DNA of 64,000 bases from Phoronis australis (lineage: Eukaryota; Animalia; Phoronida): the NCBI GenBank assembly GCA_002633005.1, contig NMRA01000611.1, positions 184,248 to 248,247 on the forward strand. Reading direction: 5' to 3'. A program made the position numbers and the translations under genes. Position 1 is the first letter of the stretch; each line of letters opens with the position of its first letter. A model generated the notes under the pieces. That model was not told where the DNA came from and did no database searches. It saw only the letters and a list, made by a program, of their open reading frames with translations. Positions 27,301 through 42,300 of this stretch are shown here, piece by piece.

Positions 27301-30300
27301 AATTTTACGTGGCCAATGACAGCTTCTTACAAATTTAACATAAAAAATCCAGATATACAACAGGCTTTCCACTTTTAGAAGATATAAACTTTCACAAAGT
27401 TGAAATCCATATTTTTGTAAATACTTCGATAAAAACACAGACATATATATGCATGTGATGGGCGTATCACTCAATACAACTGTTCATGTCAGTTGTGACA
27501 ATGCTCCATAATGAAGTAGATGTATTGCAGCCTATAACAGACACCAACTACACGTGCTAGTGAAATCTATGAGCATTTCTAACTATATTATGCAATTGTT
27601 ATGAAACTTGTATTTCAAAGCAAATGTGTATCAATACAATTCTACACTGTACGCTTTCTTGTAGTTTCACGTACAGTTGTCCAATACAACTTGAGGTGTT
27701 TTGAGAGTGAGTGCTTCAACCACATGTCAACTATGTCATTTCTTACCGTTACATTCTACCTCTTCTTCACATGGTTCCGAGTGGTTGAGATAAAACGTCA
27801 CTGTCCGATTCCTCTTAGCTAGAATGTGTACGGTCTGGTTAAAGTTGTGTACGATCACATCACATGTTTCAATACATAACACCTGGGTGACGGTAAAGGT
27901 ACTTGATACTACATCATTGTTGTAGACATTCACAAGGACTGCTGTGGAGCTTTGAGATTCACGGTAGCTGGTAATGTCTAGTATCTGAGCCTTGGCCCTG
28001 TAAATACAAAGAAAGGCAAGGATCTCATATCAGACGTTAAAATTGCTGTGGAAAGTGTTCGTAATTCGGCAGTTAAGAGAAGATAAAAATGATGTGCACC
28101 CGGCAACGATAGAATTTCCAAGAATAAATATAAATAAGAAAAAGCGAATGTCAGATATCAACAGTTAACATGTACCCCAAGCCCATTGAATACCAATTTT
28201 TCATACTCGAAACTCGACCAATCTTTCACTCACAATTCGTGCGGGTTTGAAACGGAAATTTTGCAACAATGCAATGTACAGAATAAACAACCTTTTTAGC
28301 AACAGAATTACAGAAAGAAAAAGTGAATAAAACCTAAACATTGCATAATTTCAGCAGTAACAACACAACACTTACCTTGACTTGATGAACAGCATTTCAT
28401 CGATAGCAAACTCGATGGTGATTGTTATATTACAGTCTGAAGAGTACTCCACAGACAGTACTTTCTCACCATCAGGCAATGACATGACGTGATAGAATTC
28501 ATAGATGTGGTTGGACAGCCAGTACTTCCCATCCACCTCGGCAACCAAACTAAGTTTATCTTCCAACCACAAGTGGAATGGCTGATTCTTCAAGCAACTG
28601 AAGAGACAACGAGGGAATTTTAAGTTAAAAGGACAAATACGTCCTATTCAAAAAAATAAAGACCAGGTTTCTCAGCTGCATTGCAATATGTCTCAAATCT
28701 TTCCACTTAAGACTTAAAAAGATGTCAAAAAGGACATCAGTTGTGACAAGGTTGGATAATTGTTTCAAAACTGCGTGGGCTGCTTTGTATAAGAGATGAG
28801 CTCGCCATTCCTTGTCCCAGTAGACAAATTAATAGTTATCACAGCATCAGAGCTGGGTTCCAGCAACCCTGCTTGTATGCAAAAATTGTTGAATTTACCG
28901 TACTGATATATGTTCATTACATTTAAGAAAGGACACTACTCAAACTCCCAATACAATTTCATAGATCCTTCAAAGTGCAAGAATAGAATACAACACATTG
29001 ATTTCTCAAAATTTCTTCACTGAGGTTTTTTGTGAGTTGAACAACAACATAAAAGACAAAACAGAATTGTTCACAGATTCAGAAATTGAATTTCAGTTCA
29101 CTTATCATAATTGACAGATTAGGATTTCAAAGTGCACACTAACAACACCTCATGCATTATTATAAGTCGTGACCTGTCAATATCTTTGTTGCATCTGTCC
29201 TTTTGGTTCGTGAATGCCTTGAACGAGACTCCAACCTTGTTACATTCGTCACCAGAGTCAGTGAAAATGCGTTTGTTGACTAGCATCATGTCTGCCATCT
29301 CTTCCTAAAATCAACAATTGAAAGTAAACCTGTGTCAGGGGTCTTATATATGAACTAAGACTCGAGTCAGACTTAAAATTTAATCAGGCTGCACGAGTCA
29401 GGTAGGGTGTGCTTGTGCTATACTGAGTACATGAATTCCGTACGAAACTATTACACAATCAATCGGTAAGACTAAGTCTGAGAACATCAGGCAAAAGTGG
29501 AAACATAGCATATCACAGATTTTTTAGACATAGTTTGGGTGAAATGATGAACATCCACCTTGGTAGATTCACTTCAGAGCATGTGCCACTTTAAGGAAAA
29601 TGAAACCACCCACACACTCGGGCTATGATAGGCTATGTTCAAAAGTGTGAATTTTTACATTTCTCTGAACTACCAACATTGGGAAACAAAAGAATGTCAT
29701 AATCACATCAGCAGTTCTATCCATTTTGAGATTGAAGACTTGAAATAAGGGTACAGTCTTTTCACACGTTATATAAATTTATTCAGTTTTGTGCCCACCT
29801 ACTCATACACTATATAAATTTATTCAGTTTTCTGCCCACCTACGGCATTATGTATGGCCAGTGGAAATGACTAACTTTTGCACATGACTCTTAAGTCAGA
29901 GTTTTTGAGATTTTCACGATATATCATATACTTATCAAAAGACCCATCAAGTTGTTTCCACCAATGTATGAAAAACACATCATTGTTGTCAACGAATCAA
30001 CAAGAAAGGTCAACTTCACAACTGGAGGCGATAGTGAAGGGTAGTGGTTAGGGTCCATACAGGAAAGTTGGTGAGTGATTTTTTTCATGGACAATCTAGT
30101 CAAACACTCTACGTCTTGCAAACTGCAATATTTATCAGATCTATCCAGCATGCGAGAGCTGCCAGGAAAGAACACAACAATCACTTAGCATTGCAAGATA
30201 TTGTGGAAACTGAGCTTGTTATGTGCACCACCATTTTCATCATCGGGATACATAACGATCATTAAATTTTTATGTAAGAGCGATCCCACAGCCCATGCCA

Positions 30301-33300
30301 GGTTTGGACCAATGAAGTCAAAGCAACATCTACTGACACTAGTTTCATCTCATTTCTTCATCTGTTAGATTAGCTAACTTCCTAAAACAGCTTCGAGGTG
30401 ATGATGTAGTTACTACAACACCAGGTGTAGCAGACGGTCAAAGCAACAGAACATCCAGTGGAGTAACATACGGATACTCGACAATACAACAGGTTGGACT
30501 AAATGAAAGATCAGGGAAGTTAAAATGTACGTGAAGCTACTCCACATCGTCTTTCAGTCAGCCAGGCAAATAGTCGAATGACAATTGGCTACCACTCGTT
30601 GGGCAAAAAGTTAATAGATTAATCACTGGCCAGGTAGTGAGAGCACTGGACTGAAAACTGCAAGATCCTAGGTTCAAACCCTACCGTCTACCAGAAAAAA
30701 TATAATACGAGTTCCACATTGAGAGCCCCAGATACCCATGCTGTAACACCAGAATATGGCTGGAGCATGACCAAACGAAACTTTGTGTCGATGTAAATAA
30801 GCAAGAGATTGGTGTAAATGGACCTAGAGAGTTTAAACAAGGTGTCAGATTCTTGCATTTTATTGTTTCTGGCCTGTCATATTCTGCGCAATAGCACCTC
30901 CAATGAATAAAATCAATATGACCACCTGTTGTCAGAGCAGATGATGGTTGAGAAGGTAACAACAAAATGAAAACTGCCCTCATTCTGATTAGGATGTTGC
31001 TGAAATTTAAGACCTACCACCCGTGCTGTCATGATTTTTATTTACATTGCGTCTGACAAAGACCACAGTATTTGCACCAACATGTATTCAGAAAACAACT
31101 GCAAAACTTAAGTTCCAAATAATACAAATAGTAAGTAACTAATACAGTTGGTTACTTCATGTTAACTGGTCTAATTAAAGCTGGAAAATTAACAACTGAA
31201 AACAGTCTTTTTTTAATCGTAACTAATTGTTGTTTACAAAAATCACAATTTTGATTAGCCTTATTCTGTTTTCCCATCTACAAGAAAGAGGGCAACACAG
31301 TCATATCTGTAGGGCCTCAATGAAAATGGCCGATGCTTTTGTATGTCTTGCAAAAAACTCTGCCTGTGGATTGAAAATGAGTTTTAACAGTGAGGCCAGT
31401 TGAGCATTTTTGAGAGTTTAATCAAAATTTTACTGTACCACATAATCGGTTACTGAAAGAGTTCGGTGGGTATGCCCACAAACAGGGTTAGTGCTTACGT
31501 TCACAGCTTTAGGTCCTCGGTGTGTAGATGTCTAGGTAATCAATAAATTCAATTTGATAAATAGTCTTTGGCTCATTTGTATGATATTTCCCGTCAATGT
31601 TTGAATAATTCTATCGTCTTGTGAACTAGACTTTTAGGAATTTTCTTTCTGACCAGGACCCTATGAGAATAAACATATCATGCACAAAGTCACTTGTAAC
31701 ACTCAACTGAACCCGAAACATCCGTTAACATGTAAAAGATAATTTTCCAAACTAGCCATTCATAGTTTGCCTTTAACGTAAACCAACAGAAAATTCTCAA
31801 AGTATCTCCACCTGCTCCAGTTAGATATGAGCTTGAATAAATATATCAAGGCTATTTTATCAACAACTTTTGAGATTTACTTTGGTCAAAGGTAAATACT
31901 AGATCCCTTGATAAACATATAAAGTCTGAAGGAACTAACTTCAAATTTAAATATAAGAGGTGCATCTGCTGAAGAAAGATATAGGTCGATATAATCTCAG
32001 ATCACACACCAGCCTCCAATCAGACAACAGTTGACTGTCTTGTGTGGAACAGCACACCATTGTGAGTCAAGATGAAAGAAAAAGACACTGAAGTCAAAGA
32101 TGGCAGTCAAACACCAGTTGCAGTGATTCTATCACTAGTCTCACTGCTGTTTGCCTTGATCAGTTTTGGACTGGCTATCTATGTTGTCTTAGGTGTACAA
32201 CATCGGCAGGAAAGAACAACCACCACCAACCACAATGATGGCTTTCATGACTGGGCTAAAAAAACTGAACTGGCAGAGTTCAAAATAACCATATATACTG
32301 ACCTGGTGAACCTCAAACGAGAACACAACCGACTTAAGGCTCATGTTTTCCAGACCGAGATGAAAACCGAACGCCAGCTTAGATTCATGCGGACAATACT
32401 ATCCAGCAAATTTGGCCATGCGTATACCAAGATCGTTCCTCATGATATTGATTCTAAACTGGATGAAACAACACCAATTTCCAGACTAAAGCGGGCTGCA
32501 AATGACCCTACTACAGGAGAAGAGTTCAACTCACAGTGTATTCAAGGGCCGCCTGGAAGAGATGGCAGAGATGGACGTGACGGCCAACCAGGACCACCTG
32601 GTGCTAACGGTATAACTACAGATGACCTGCAGAAAGTACTGAGCACATTCCAGGAGTCCATACTGCAAGCACAAAAAACTAAGACCGAGATGAAGTATCA
32701 CAATGGAACTGAAGGTGGAGCTGTGTACATAAGGTGGGGACGAACATCATGTCCAACAATATCCAAACTGTTGTATGATGGGATTGCAGCAGGTTCGTAT
32801 TACACTCACACTGGAGGTGGAAGTGAGAAGCTTTGTCTCCCACATGATCCACAGTGGGGAAAATACCAAGATGGCTTCCAGAGTCATTCTTACATATACG
32901 GTGCTGAATATGAAATCAATGGTGCCAAAGTATTTTCGCGAAAAAATGCGAATGACGCAAGTTTGTACGAGCATGACGTCCCTTGTGCTGTATGCTACAC
33001 CCAATCGAGAGCCTCTCAACTCATGATTCCAGCCTGGAGAGACTGTCCTGCCACCTGGACCAAAGAGTACAGTGGATATTTGATGGCAGAGGGCTATAAA
33101 TATCAGCGGTCATCATTTGACTGTGTAGATGAAGCCCCAGAGGTGATCCCAGGAGGTGGTACCAACCAGGAAGGAGCACTATTCTATAATGTTGAGGCCA
33201 AATGTGGATCATTACCTTGTCCTAAGTATGTGGATGGACGGGAACTGACCTGTGTAGTGTGCACCAAATGACCAAGAGAACAATTATAACAAATGTGCCT

Positions 33301-36300
33301 TTACAATGGAAGAAAGTATCGCCAATAAACAAAGTTGATTATCTGCATGAAAGGCAATAGCCATGTACTCGCATGGAAAAATACTCAAGAAAGGATCGTA
33401 GATTATGAAATCAAAAATACCAGCAGAATATATGCCAAAAATACTTGATGAGTGTCGACATGATAATTCAGTTGCTTCTGTTACTGGGATGAAGATACCC
33501 TATTTCAAATTAATATTAAACAGTACTAGACAAAATTATCAACAGATGATCTATACAATCCTTTTGGTAGTAGAGACTAATATCACAGCATCAAAACAGG
33601 GTGACAGCAACTCCACTTGACTGTGCACAAGGTTTATTGAATAGCTGACAGTGATATCTGTTTATTACATCTGACGTTCGCTCAAACTATAAATCTGTTT
33701 ATTGCTCCTGTGAAGTGCCACAAAAGAGTAGAATACACTGAATTCCCAAATTTCTTCCGAGGCTTTTTGTGTGTTGGACAAAAAAATAAAAACCGAAAAT
33801 TAAAATTCTATGGACCTCACAGATTCAGGAATTCAATTTCAGTATATTTATCATAATCAAATGGTTACAAGTTTAAGATGTATACTAAAACACACTAATG
33901 CATTGATCATAATTTATGATCTATCTTTGTTACAACTTGGTTTGTGAATGTCTTGAATGAGACTCCAACCCTGTTGCATTCATCACCAGAGTCAGAGAAA
34001 ATGTGTTGGTTGACTAGCATCATGTCTGCCATCTCCTCTTATAATCAACAATCAAGGACAGACATGTGTCAAAGCTGAAAAAGAATGAGAGGCCGAGTCA
34101 ATTTTGGAGAATTATAATTCTCCAAAATCCACTCAGGCTCTAGATAAGGGGGATAATGACTGAGAACATGTAATAATCTATTTATACCACATACTGAACG
34201 AGAAACATTGCAATGTATCGATCTACCTTTCTCAGCTCGCCTCAGCTTTATAACTACTTTCTATGTCAGAGGCCCGGGGTCGGAGGTCATGACCTTTTAA
34301 GAAAAGCCAAGCTATTTTTGTCAAAACCAATTGAAAATTTAAACAAAATAGAAATAAAGTGAATCTATAAAGGTTTAGCAACTACTATAGCTTACTACAC
34401 ATTTTATCACGCTAAGCTTCGACCGGGAAACTACCGTCTGCTAAAGTAGGTTACCACTGGTAACTGAGTATAATTCTCAAGTCAAAGGATCCTGACGACA
34501 CGATACCCGCATTCAAATTGGAGATCGGTGATTTACAAATGAGAGAACATGAGAGAAAAAGTTCAATGAATTAAAATATCGTTTTTATGGAAATTATGTG
34601 TCATAATTTTACATAGCGTATAAATGTTGGTACAGTGCCCTTTGTTGAACATGCGATTGTTTTGCATGCTCATTTAAGTATTCTAGTTTCACGTTCGATG
34701 ACGTCAGCCGCTGAGTGGTGCAGTGGTTAAGTTGACGACTGAAACTCTTGCGGCCCGGGTTTGAAATTGGCCTCGATTTCCCGCCAAAATGTTATCTCAC
34801 AAGTGAGATAACTAAATGGGTTATTACACAGTAATGAGTTGTATTGGCCATTCGAGGCTAATATTGTGGTATAACATTCCTTAGAAAATACGTTAATGGA
34901 TTACTGTTAATCAGAGCGCTAGACTGAAAATTGCAAGATCCCAAGGTTCAAACCTTCGCCATCTAATAAGAAAAAATATAATTGAAATGCCACCACGAGG
35001 AAAGAGATATCCGTGATCTAGCACTTGAGGATGGCTTAGGTGATGGACCCAAACAGCATGCCAATGTAAATAAGATTGGTGTGAATAGATCTAAGGAATT
35101 TAGCCATGTTAGATTGTTATATTTTGTTACTTGTGACCTGTCATATTCTACCCACAAGCTCCTCTAATCAATAAAATTACAATATTATCAACTGTTATCA
35201 GATCAGATGATGACTGAGCAGGTAACATCAAAATGAAAACTGACGTCATTCTGATATTGCTGAAATTTAAGACCAGTCATCCCTGTTGTCATTTTTGATT
35301 TAAAATAATTATTGCATCTGGCATAGACCACAGTATATGCCTCAACATGTCCCCATACAACTGCAAAGTTTCTTAAATACAAATACAAATAGTAGGTAAC
35401 TTATACCCCATAATTTTAAACTACGTATTCTTGATGCAATTCCAAAGTTAGACCAAAAAAGATAAATAGGACTGACCACTGAAGAATGCCATCTGGAATA
35501 TCCCACGATAAACGTGAGAGAGGATAGCCAATATGTGGGAGGGTATCAGTTAATAAATTCTCAGGTCATGTTTCAACCTTCACTCAACACAACAAAACGT
35601 ATCCTGGAGATTCAACATGAAAGAATCCGACAATGACGTCAGACGTGCAAGACATTACACAGCACCAGTAGTGGTTATTTTGGTTCTGGTTTTGCTGTTG
35701 GCCTTGGTCAGTTTTGGACTGGCCATCTATGTTCTCTTTGAGGTACAACACCTCAAGGATAGAACAGCCACCAAGGATGATGGTTTCCAGGACAGGCTCA
35801 ACGTTGATAAACTGGACGAAAGTCAAACAACTCTGTACAATGAACTGGTGAAATTGAAACAAGAAAACAAGCACCTTAAAGCACGTCTTTCTGATAGTGA
35901 GAGAAAAATGGAGCGTCAGCTCAAAGTCATGCGTGCAACAATATTTAGTCAATATGAACATGCACAAACCAAAAACACTCTTCAAAAAACAGGATTTGAA
36001 GTTAATGAAACTACATTAATTTCTCGAGGAAGGCGTACTGCAGTCAACTTCCCCACAGCTGGAGAAGTGACCAAGTTTCAGTGTCTACAAGGCAGAGATG
36101 GCAGAGATGGGCGTGATGGCCAACCAGGACCACCTGGTGCTAATGGTATTAGTGCAGATGACTTGCAGAAAGTACTGAGCACCTTTAAGGATTCCATGCT
36201 GCAAGCACAGAAGGCTAAGACTGATGTGAAGTACTACAATGGGACTGAAGGTGGAGCTGTGTACATAAGGTGGGGACGGACATCATGTCCAGCAACATCC

Positions 36301-39300
36301 AAACTGTTGTATGATGGGATTGCAGCAGGTTCATATTACACTCACACTGGAGGTGGAAGTGAGAAGCTTTGTCTCCCACATGATCCACAGTGGGGAAAAT
36401 ACCAAGATGGCTTCCAGAGTAATTCTTTCATATACGGTGCTGAATATGAAATCAATGGTGCCAAAGTATTTTCGCAAAAAAATGCAAATGACGCAAGTCT
36501 GCATGAGCATGACGTTCCGTGTGCTGTATGCTACACCCCTTCAAGAGCCTCTCAACTCATGATTCCAGCCTGGAGAGACTGTCCTGCCACCTGGACCAAA
36601 GAGTACAGTGGATACCTAATGGCAGAGCATTATCTTCATCAGCGGTCATCATTCAACTGTATAGATGTAGCCCCAGAGGTGATCCCAGGAGGCAGCCCTG
36701 ACCAGGAAGGAGCACTGTTCTACCACGTTGAGGCCAAATGTGGACCCTTACCTTGTCCCAACTATATGGATGGACGAGAGCTGACCTGTGTAGTGTGCAC
36801 CAAATAACCAAGAAACAATAAAAACTGTGTAGTGTGTAGTGTGCACCAAATAACCAAGAAACAATAACAATGGTACCATGTCTTCCCAAAAGTTGAACAC
36901 AGACATTGAGCTGCCTTGAGAATAAAACAACGCATAGCCATTAAACAAAGTTGATGATCTAATCTGTGTATGTTATGACTACTACTGTACGAGTATGATA
37001 AGCAGAAAATTATAAGTTGTTACTGAACTTACTTGAGATGAAAGGGCAACGTGAGTGATTTTCTACAGATTTGTCTTAGACATTTTTTCATACGATCAGT
37101 AAATATGTTTACACATGGATGCACCATGGAATCTCCCGTATCCCCTATGTAGTCAACTGGTACATGGAGGAATTTGAAGAGGGTACTCACCCCTTATGCT
37201 GGAGTGAAACCATGAGTTTGGTTCAGATATGTTGATGACACTTTTGTGATTATTAAACAGTCTGAAAAGCTAAACATTTAAACAATGTAGACAGACATAT
37301 TAAATTCAATGAGGAGGAGGGTAGAAACACACAGACCACTATTTACAGTTTGGCTCTCATCATGGATTGGGCACAAACTTGGTGTTATTCGTACCTTATA
37401 TCACAGACAATGACAGGACATTAGAGAAACACAGGATTCCTTACTCTCTGGAGAGGTGTGTATACCCACGTTGAGTCTTTACCTGTAGAACACCCAGATT
37501 GGAAATTAACAACAATGACGCTCCTCAAACAGATCAACTATTGACGGGGATATCTATTCCTTAATATGTAGAAAGACTTTCTGAACAATTACCATCTGTG
37601 TTCAGGACATTTGATATCACCACTTTGAGACAAAAAGTCATGTTACCTAAGGACAAACAACCTAGTAAGCAAAAGATATCTAACGTGGCCTATTTGGAAT
37701 ACAGTGTGGAGAGTGTCCTGAAACTTATGTAGGTGAAACTAAGCATTCCTTGAAAGCACGGTTGTCCAAAAATGGCCGGCCTAACTTGTGACACTTATGA
37801 CTCTACTGTATTTACCTACTGTCAGGGATCTGGTCACAGCTTTGACCATGATAATGTACTAATTCTTAAGAAGGAGAAAAACTTGTTTGAATGAGGAGTC
37901 AAGGAGTGTATTATGAAAGAATTGAAAATCCATTTCTGAACCAACAAGGAGGATAGAGATTCAACCTATCCCAAACCTAGGACAGGATTCTGACTAAAAA
38001 AATTTCATGCCAATTTTCTCAACTCCGACTGAATCTACCACAGCTAGCAGAGGCTTGAAAAAGCCAGCACATGGTGGCGAAATGTTGCTTTCCCATTCAT
38101 CTCGAGTAAGTTCAGTAACGACTCATAATTTTCTGCATACAAGTTGATGTTCTGCTTGAAATGTACTAGGCATGTTCTTACAATGACAAACAAGAGCAAC
38201 TCGGAGCGTTGAAACGCACCCACAAATGCATCGCTAACGGTATGCTTTCACGGGTTGTTTATTTGTGTCATAAAAATGGCCACCAGAAGGCGCAAAAATG
38301 TACAATCCATCCAAAAATGGGAACATGTCAGCTTCTTTAATAGAAAGCTACTCACCAAATTTCATAGAAATCTGTCCCGGAACTTCATGGAAACAAAGGA
38401 AAACAGAATGAAATGAAATTGCCACTAAGGGGCACAGTGTTTATTGGATCTGTCTGAAAGTCGTCATTGTCTAATGTTAGCTTCATATAAATACAGTGTA
38501 ATTAAATTTAAATGAAGATCCAGCAGTGGGTTTAGGAGATACAGCTATGGGCGCAAAACAAAACATAACTACCATTGGAGACGCCACAGTAGTCAAAGTC
38601 GTCATCGTCAATTCTCCTCTTCACACAGAGAACATAAATGCGAATTTTCATAACCATCCTTAGAATGATTTGGTTGATAGAGGGGTGGACGCCAAAAAAA
38701 CAGACTCGAAAACAGCAAAAATGGCCACAAGTTGGCGCAAAATACCTTGATTCCATCCAAAAATGGGATCTCACCAACAGATCCCTGAATTCAAAATTTT
38801 ATGAAAATCCATTGAGGACTCTTGAAGATACAGAGGTAAACGTAAAATCTAAAATTGCTACCAGGGGGCACACAAGTAGTCAGACCCGTCCGAAAGTCGT
38901 AGTTGTTCTTTGTCAACATCATATTAATGCACTTGCTTAATTTAGTAAAGATCCTGCAAACAGTTTAAGAGATACAGCGATGGGCGCAAAAAACGAAACT
39001 GCCACTAGGAGGCGTCACAGTAGCCGAAGTCATCGAAAAATCATCGTCAGCTGCCCACTTCATCGTAAAAACATACATGCCAATTTTCACAATTATCGTG
39101 AAAGTGATTTGGTTGATAGAGGGGTGGACGCAAAAAAAGATACTCGAAAATGGTAACAAGAGCAACGCAGAGCATTGAAATGCGCTCACAATTGCACCGT
39201 ATACGGTATCCTTCTAGGGTTGTTTATTGGTACCATAAAGTGGCCAGTAGAGGGCATATATGAAGTATTTTGTACTTTGCAAAATGGAAAGGCATGGTCA

Positions 39301-42300
39301 TCGTCTCCTCAACAGGCTAGGGGCAAAATGTGAGTGATCTTCATAATACAAGCACATCCTATACATCAGTTGCTTAAAGCACCACAGAAACATAGAATTA
39401 AAAACAAATTTACCAACACACGAGATTAGCACAGCATTAGAATGCCAGATACAAATTTCTACTTGGAACTTTTCCTTCATAGTCACGAAGTAACACAAAG
39501 TATACACCTGAAGACCTATGAAAATACAGAGGTCAATGTAAAATACTTATTAAATTGCCACTAGAGGTATACCGGTAGTCAGAATCATCCTAAAGTCGTC
39601 ATCGTCCGTTGTCAACATCACATAAATACACTTGCTCAATTTAGTAAAGATCCTCAGAACGGTTTGGGAGATACAGCCATGGGCGCAAAAAAAAACTGCC
39701 ACTAGGAGGCACCTCAGTAATCAAAGTCATGGGAAATTCAGCGTCAACTGTCCTCTTCATAGTAAAAACATACATGCCAATTTTCACAATCATACTTAGA
39801 GCGATTTGGCTGATAGAGGGGTGGACGCCAAAAAAACAGACTCAAAAACAGTAAAAATAGCCACTGGGTGTTGCAAACTAGGTCGAATCCATCCGAAAAT
39901 GGGAGAATAGCATCATCTCACTAATAGGTGCCTACATACCAAATTTCATGAAAATCCGTTCAGGACTTTTGAAGATACAAAGGTAAGCGTAAAAAACTAA
40001 AATTGCCACTAGGGGGCACACCGGTAGTCGGATCCGTCCGAAAGTTCGCACATGCCGTCCCATTCATAAATGGAACATATGTGCAAATTGAAATTTCATG
40101 AACGTATGTCAAAGGGTTTTGGAGATAGAGCAGCGGACGCCGGACGCCGCCCGGACAGACGGACGGAGATGACGGCATAATGCGTCCACATATAAATATT
40201 TGGACACATAAAAATGGCCATTAGGTGGTGCAAACTACGTTGAATCCATCTGAAAACGGAAAGATAGTGTCACCACACTAACAGAAGCCTGCATGCCACA
40301 TTTTTTGAAAATACGTTGAGGACCTTTGAAGATACTGTGGTTAATGTAAAAAAATAAAATTGCCACCACGGGACACAACAGTAGTCAAATTCGTCCGAAA
40401 GTTGTCGTCGTCCTTTGTCAACATCATACAAGAACAACGCAAAGCGTTGAAATGCACCCACGAATGCACTGCAAACGGTGTGCTTCTAGGGTGTTTATTT
40501 GTATCATAAAAATGGCCACTAGATAGTGCCAACTATTTCGAATCCATCAAAAAACTGGAAAATGTCACCGTTTTTTAACAGAAAGCTATTTACCACATTT
40601 CATGAAAATTTGTCAAGAAACTTTAGCAAAACAGAAAAAATGAAATTGCCACTAGGAGACAAAGGTTCATCGAATCCGTCTGAAAGTTGTCTTCTGTTGT
40701 CAATGTCATATAAATACACTTGCTAAAATAAATAAAATTAACATTCTGCAGAGGGCTTAGGAGATACAGCTAAGGGTTGCAAAAAAAAACTGCCACTAGG
40801 AGGCGCCACAGTAATTGAAGCTGGAAAATCATCGTCAACCGTCCTCTTCACACTAATAATATATAAGCCAATTTTCAGAGTCATCCTAAGAGTGGTTTGG
40901 TTGACAGAGGGCGGACGGCAAAAACAGACAATAAGAAAACAGAAAAAATGGCCACTAGATAGCGCAAAATATGTCAAATCCATCTGAAAACTGGCAAATG
41001 TCAGCGTTTCTCTAAAAGAAAACTATTTAAAACATTTCATGAAATTTTGTCAAGGAACTTCAGAGAAACAGAGGAAAACAGAAAAACTTATATTGATACT
41101 AGAGGGCAGCCTTAGTCGGACCCGTCAGAAAGTCATCGTCTTCTGTTGTTAACTTTATATAAACACATTTGCTACATTTAATAAAGATCCTATAGAGCGT
41201 CTAGAAGATACAGCCATGGGCGCAACAAAACTGCCACTAGGAAGCGTCAAAGTAGTCGAAGTCATTGGAAAATCATCGTCAACTGTCCTCTTCATAATAA
41301 GAACATACATGCCAATTTTCACATTCATCCTTAAGAGTGGTTCGGTTGATGGAGGGACGCATACCAAAGAAAACAGACTCGAAAACAGTAAAAATGGCCA
41401 CTAGGTGGCGCAAAATACCTCGAATCCATCCGAAAACATGAGGATAGCGTCACCTTATAAATAGATACCTATGTGCCAAATTTCATAGATATGCATCAAG
41501 GACCTTTGAAGATACAAACTTACTAGGTAAACGTAAAAAAATAAAAATGCCACTAGGGGGCACACCTGTAGTCCGATGTATCCGAAAGTCGTCGTCCTTC
41601 ATTGTCAACTTCATATTAGCACATTTGCACATTTGCTACATTTCATAAAGATCCTGTAGAGCGTTTTGAAGATATAGCCATGGGCGCAAAAACAAACAAA
41701 ACTGCCACTACGAGGTGCCACAGTAGTCGAAGTGGTCGGAAAATCATCGTCAACCGTCCTCTTTATAGTAAGAACTCATATGCCAATTTTCGCAATCATC
41801 CTTAGAGTGGTTTGATTGACAGAGGGCCGGACGCCAAACAACGGACTCAAAAATAGTAAAAATGATCACTAGATGGTGCAAAATGCCTCAAATCTGTCCG
41901 AAAGTAGGAGGATAGCATCAACTCATTAATAGATGCCTATGTGCCAAATTTCATGAAAATTGGTTGAAGACCTTTGAAGATACAGAGGCAAACGTGAAAA
42001 ACTAAAATTGCAACTAGTGGGCACAGCGGTATTTGGGTCGATCCAAAACTCGTCGCCCTCTGTCGTCAACCCCATAGAAACACACCTGCCAAATTTCAAT
42101 AAGATCCTGAAAGGGGTTTAGGAGATACAGCTGCGGACGCCGTACGCCCAGAGATGATCGCAATATGCATAAATACGTGGGCACATAATAAAATTGCACT
42201 TGCTAAATGTAGTAAAGATCCAACAGACGGTTTAGGAGATACAGCCACCAGCGCAAAAAAAACAAAGCTGCAACTAGAAGGCGCCACAGTCGTCGAAATC

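Noticed and set aside
30625-34965. tRNA-like segments at ~30627, ~34706, ~34905 (also ~46265)
   Set aside because: No complete cloverleaf. They are degenerate SINE heads, partly propagated by the tandem duplication.
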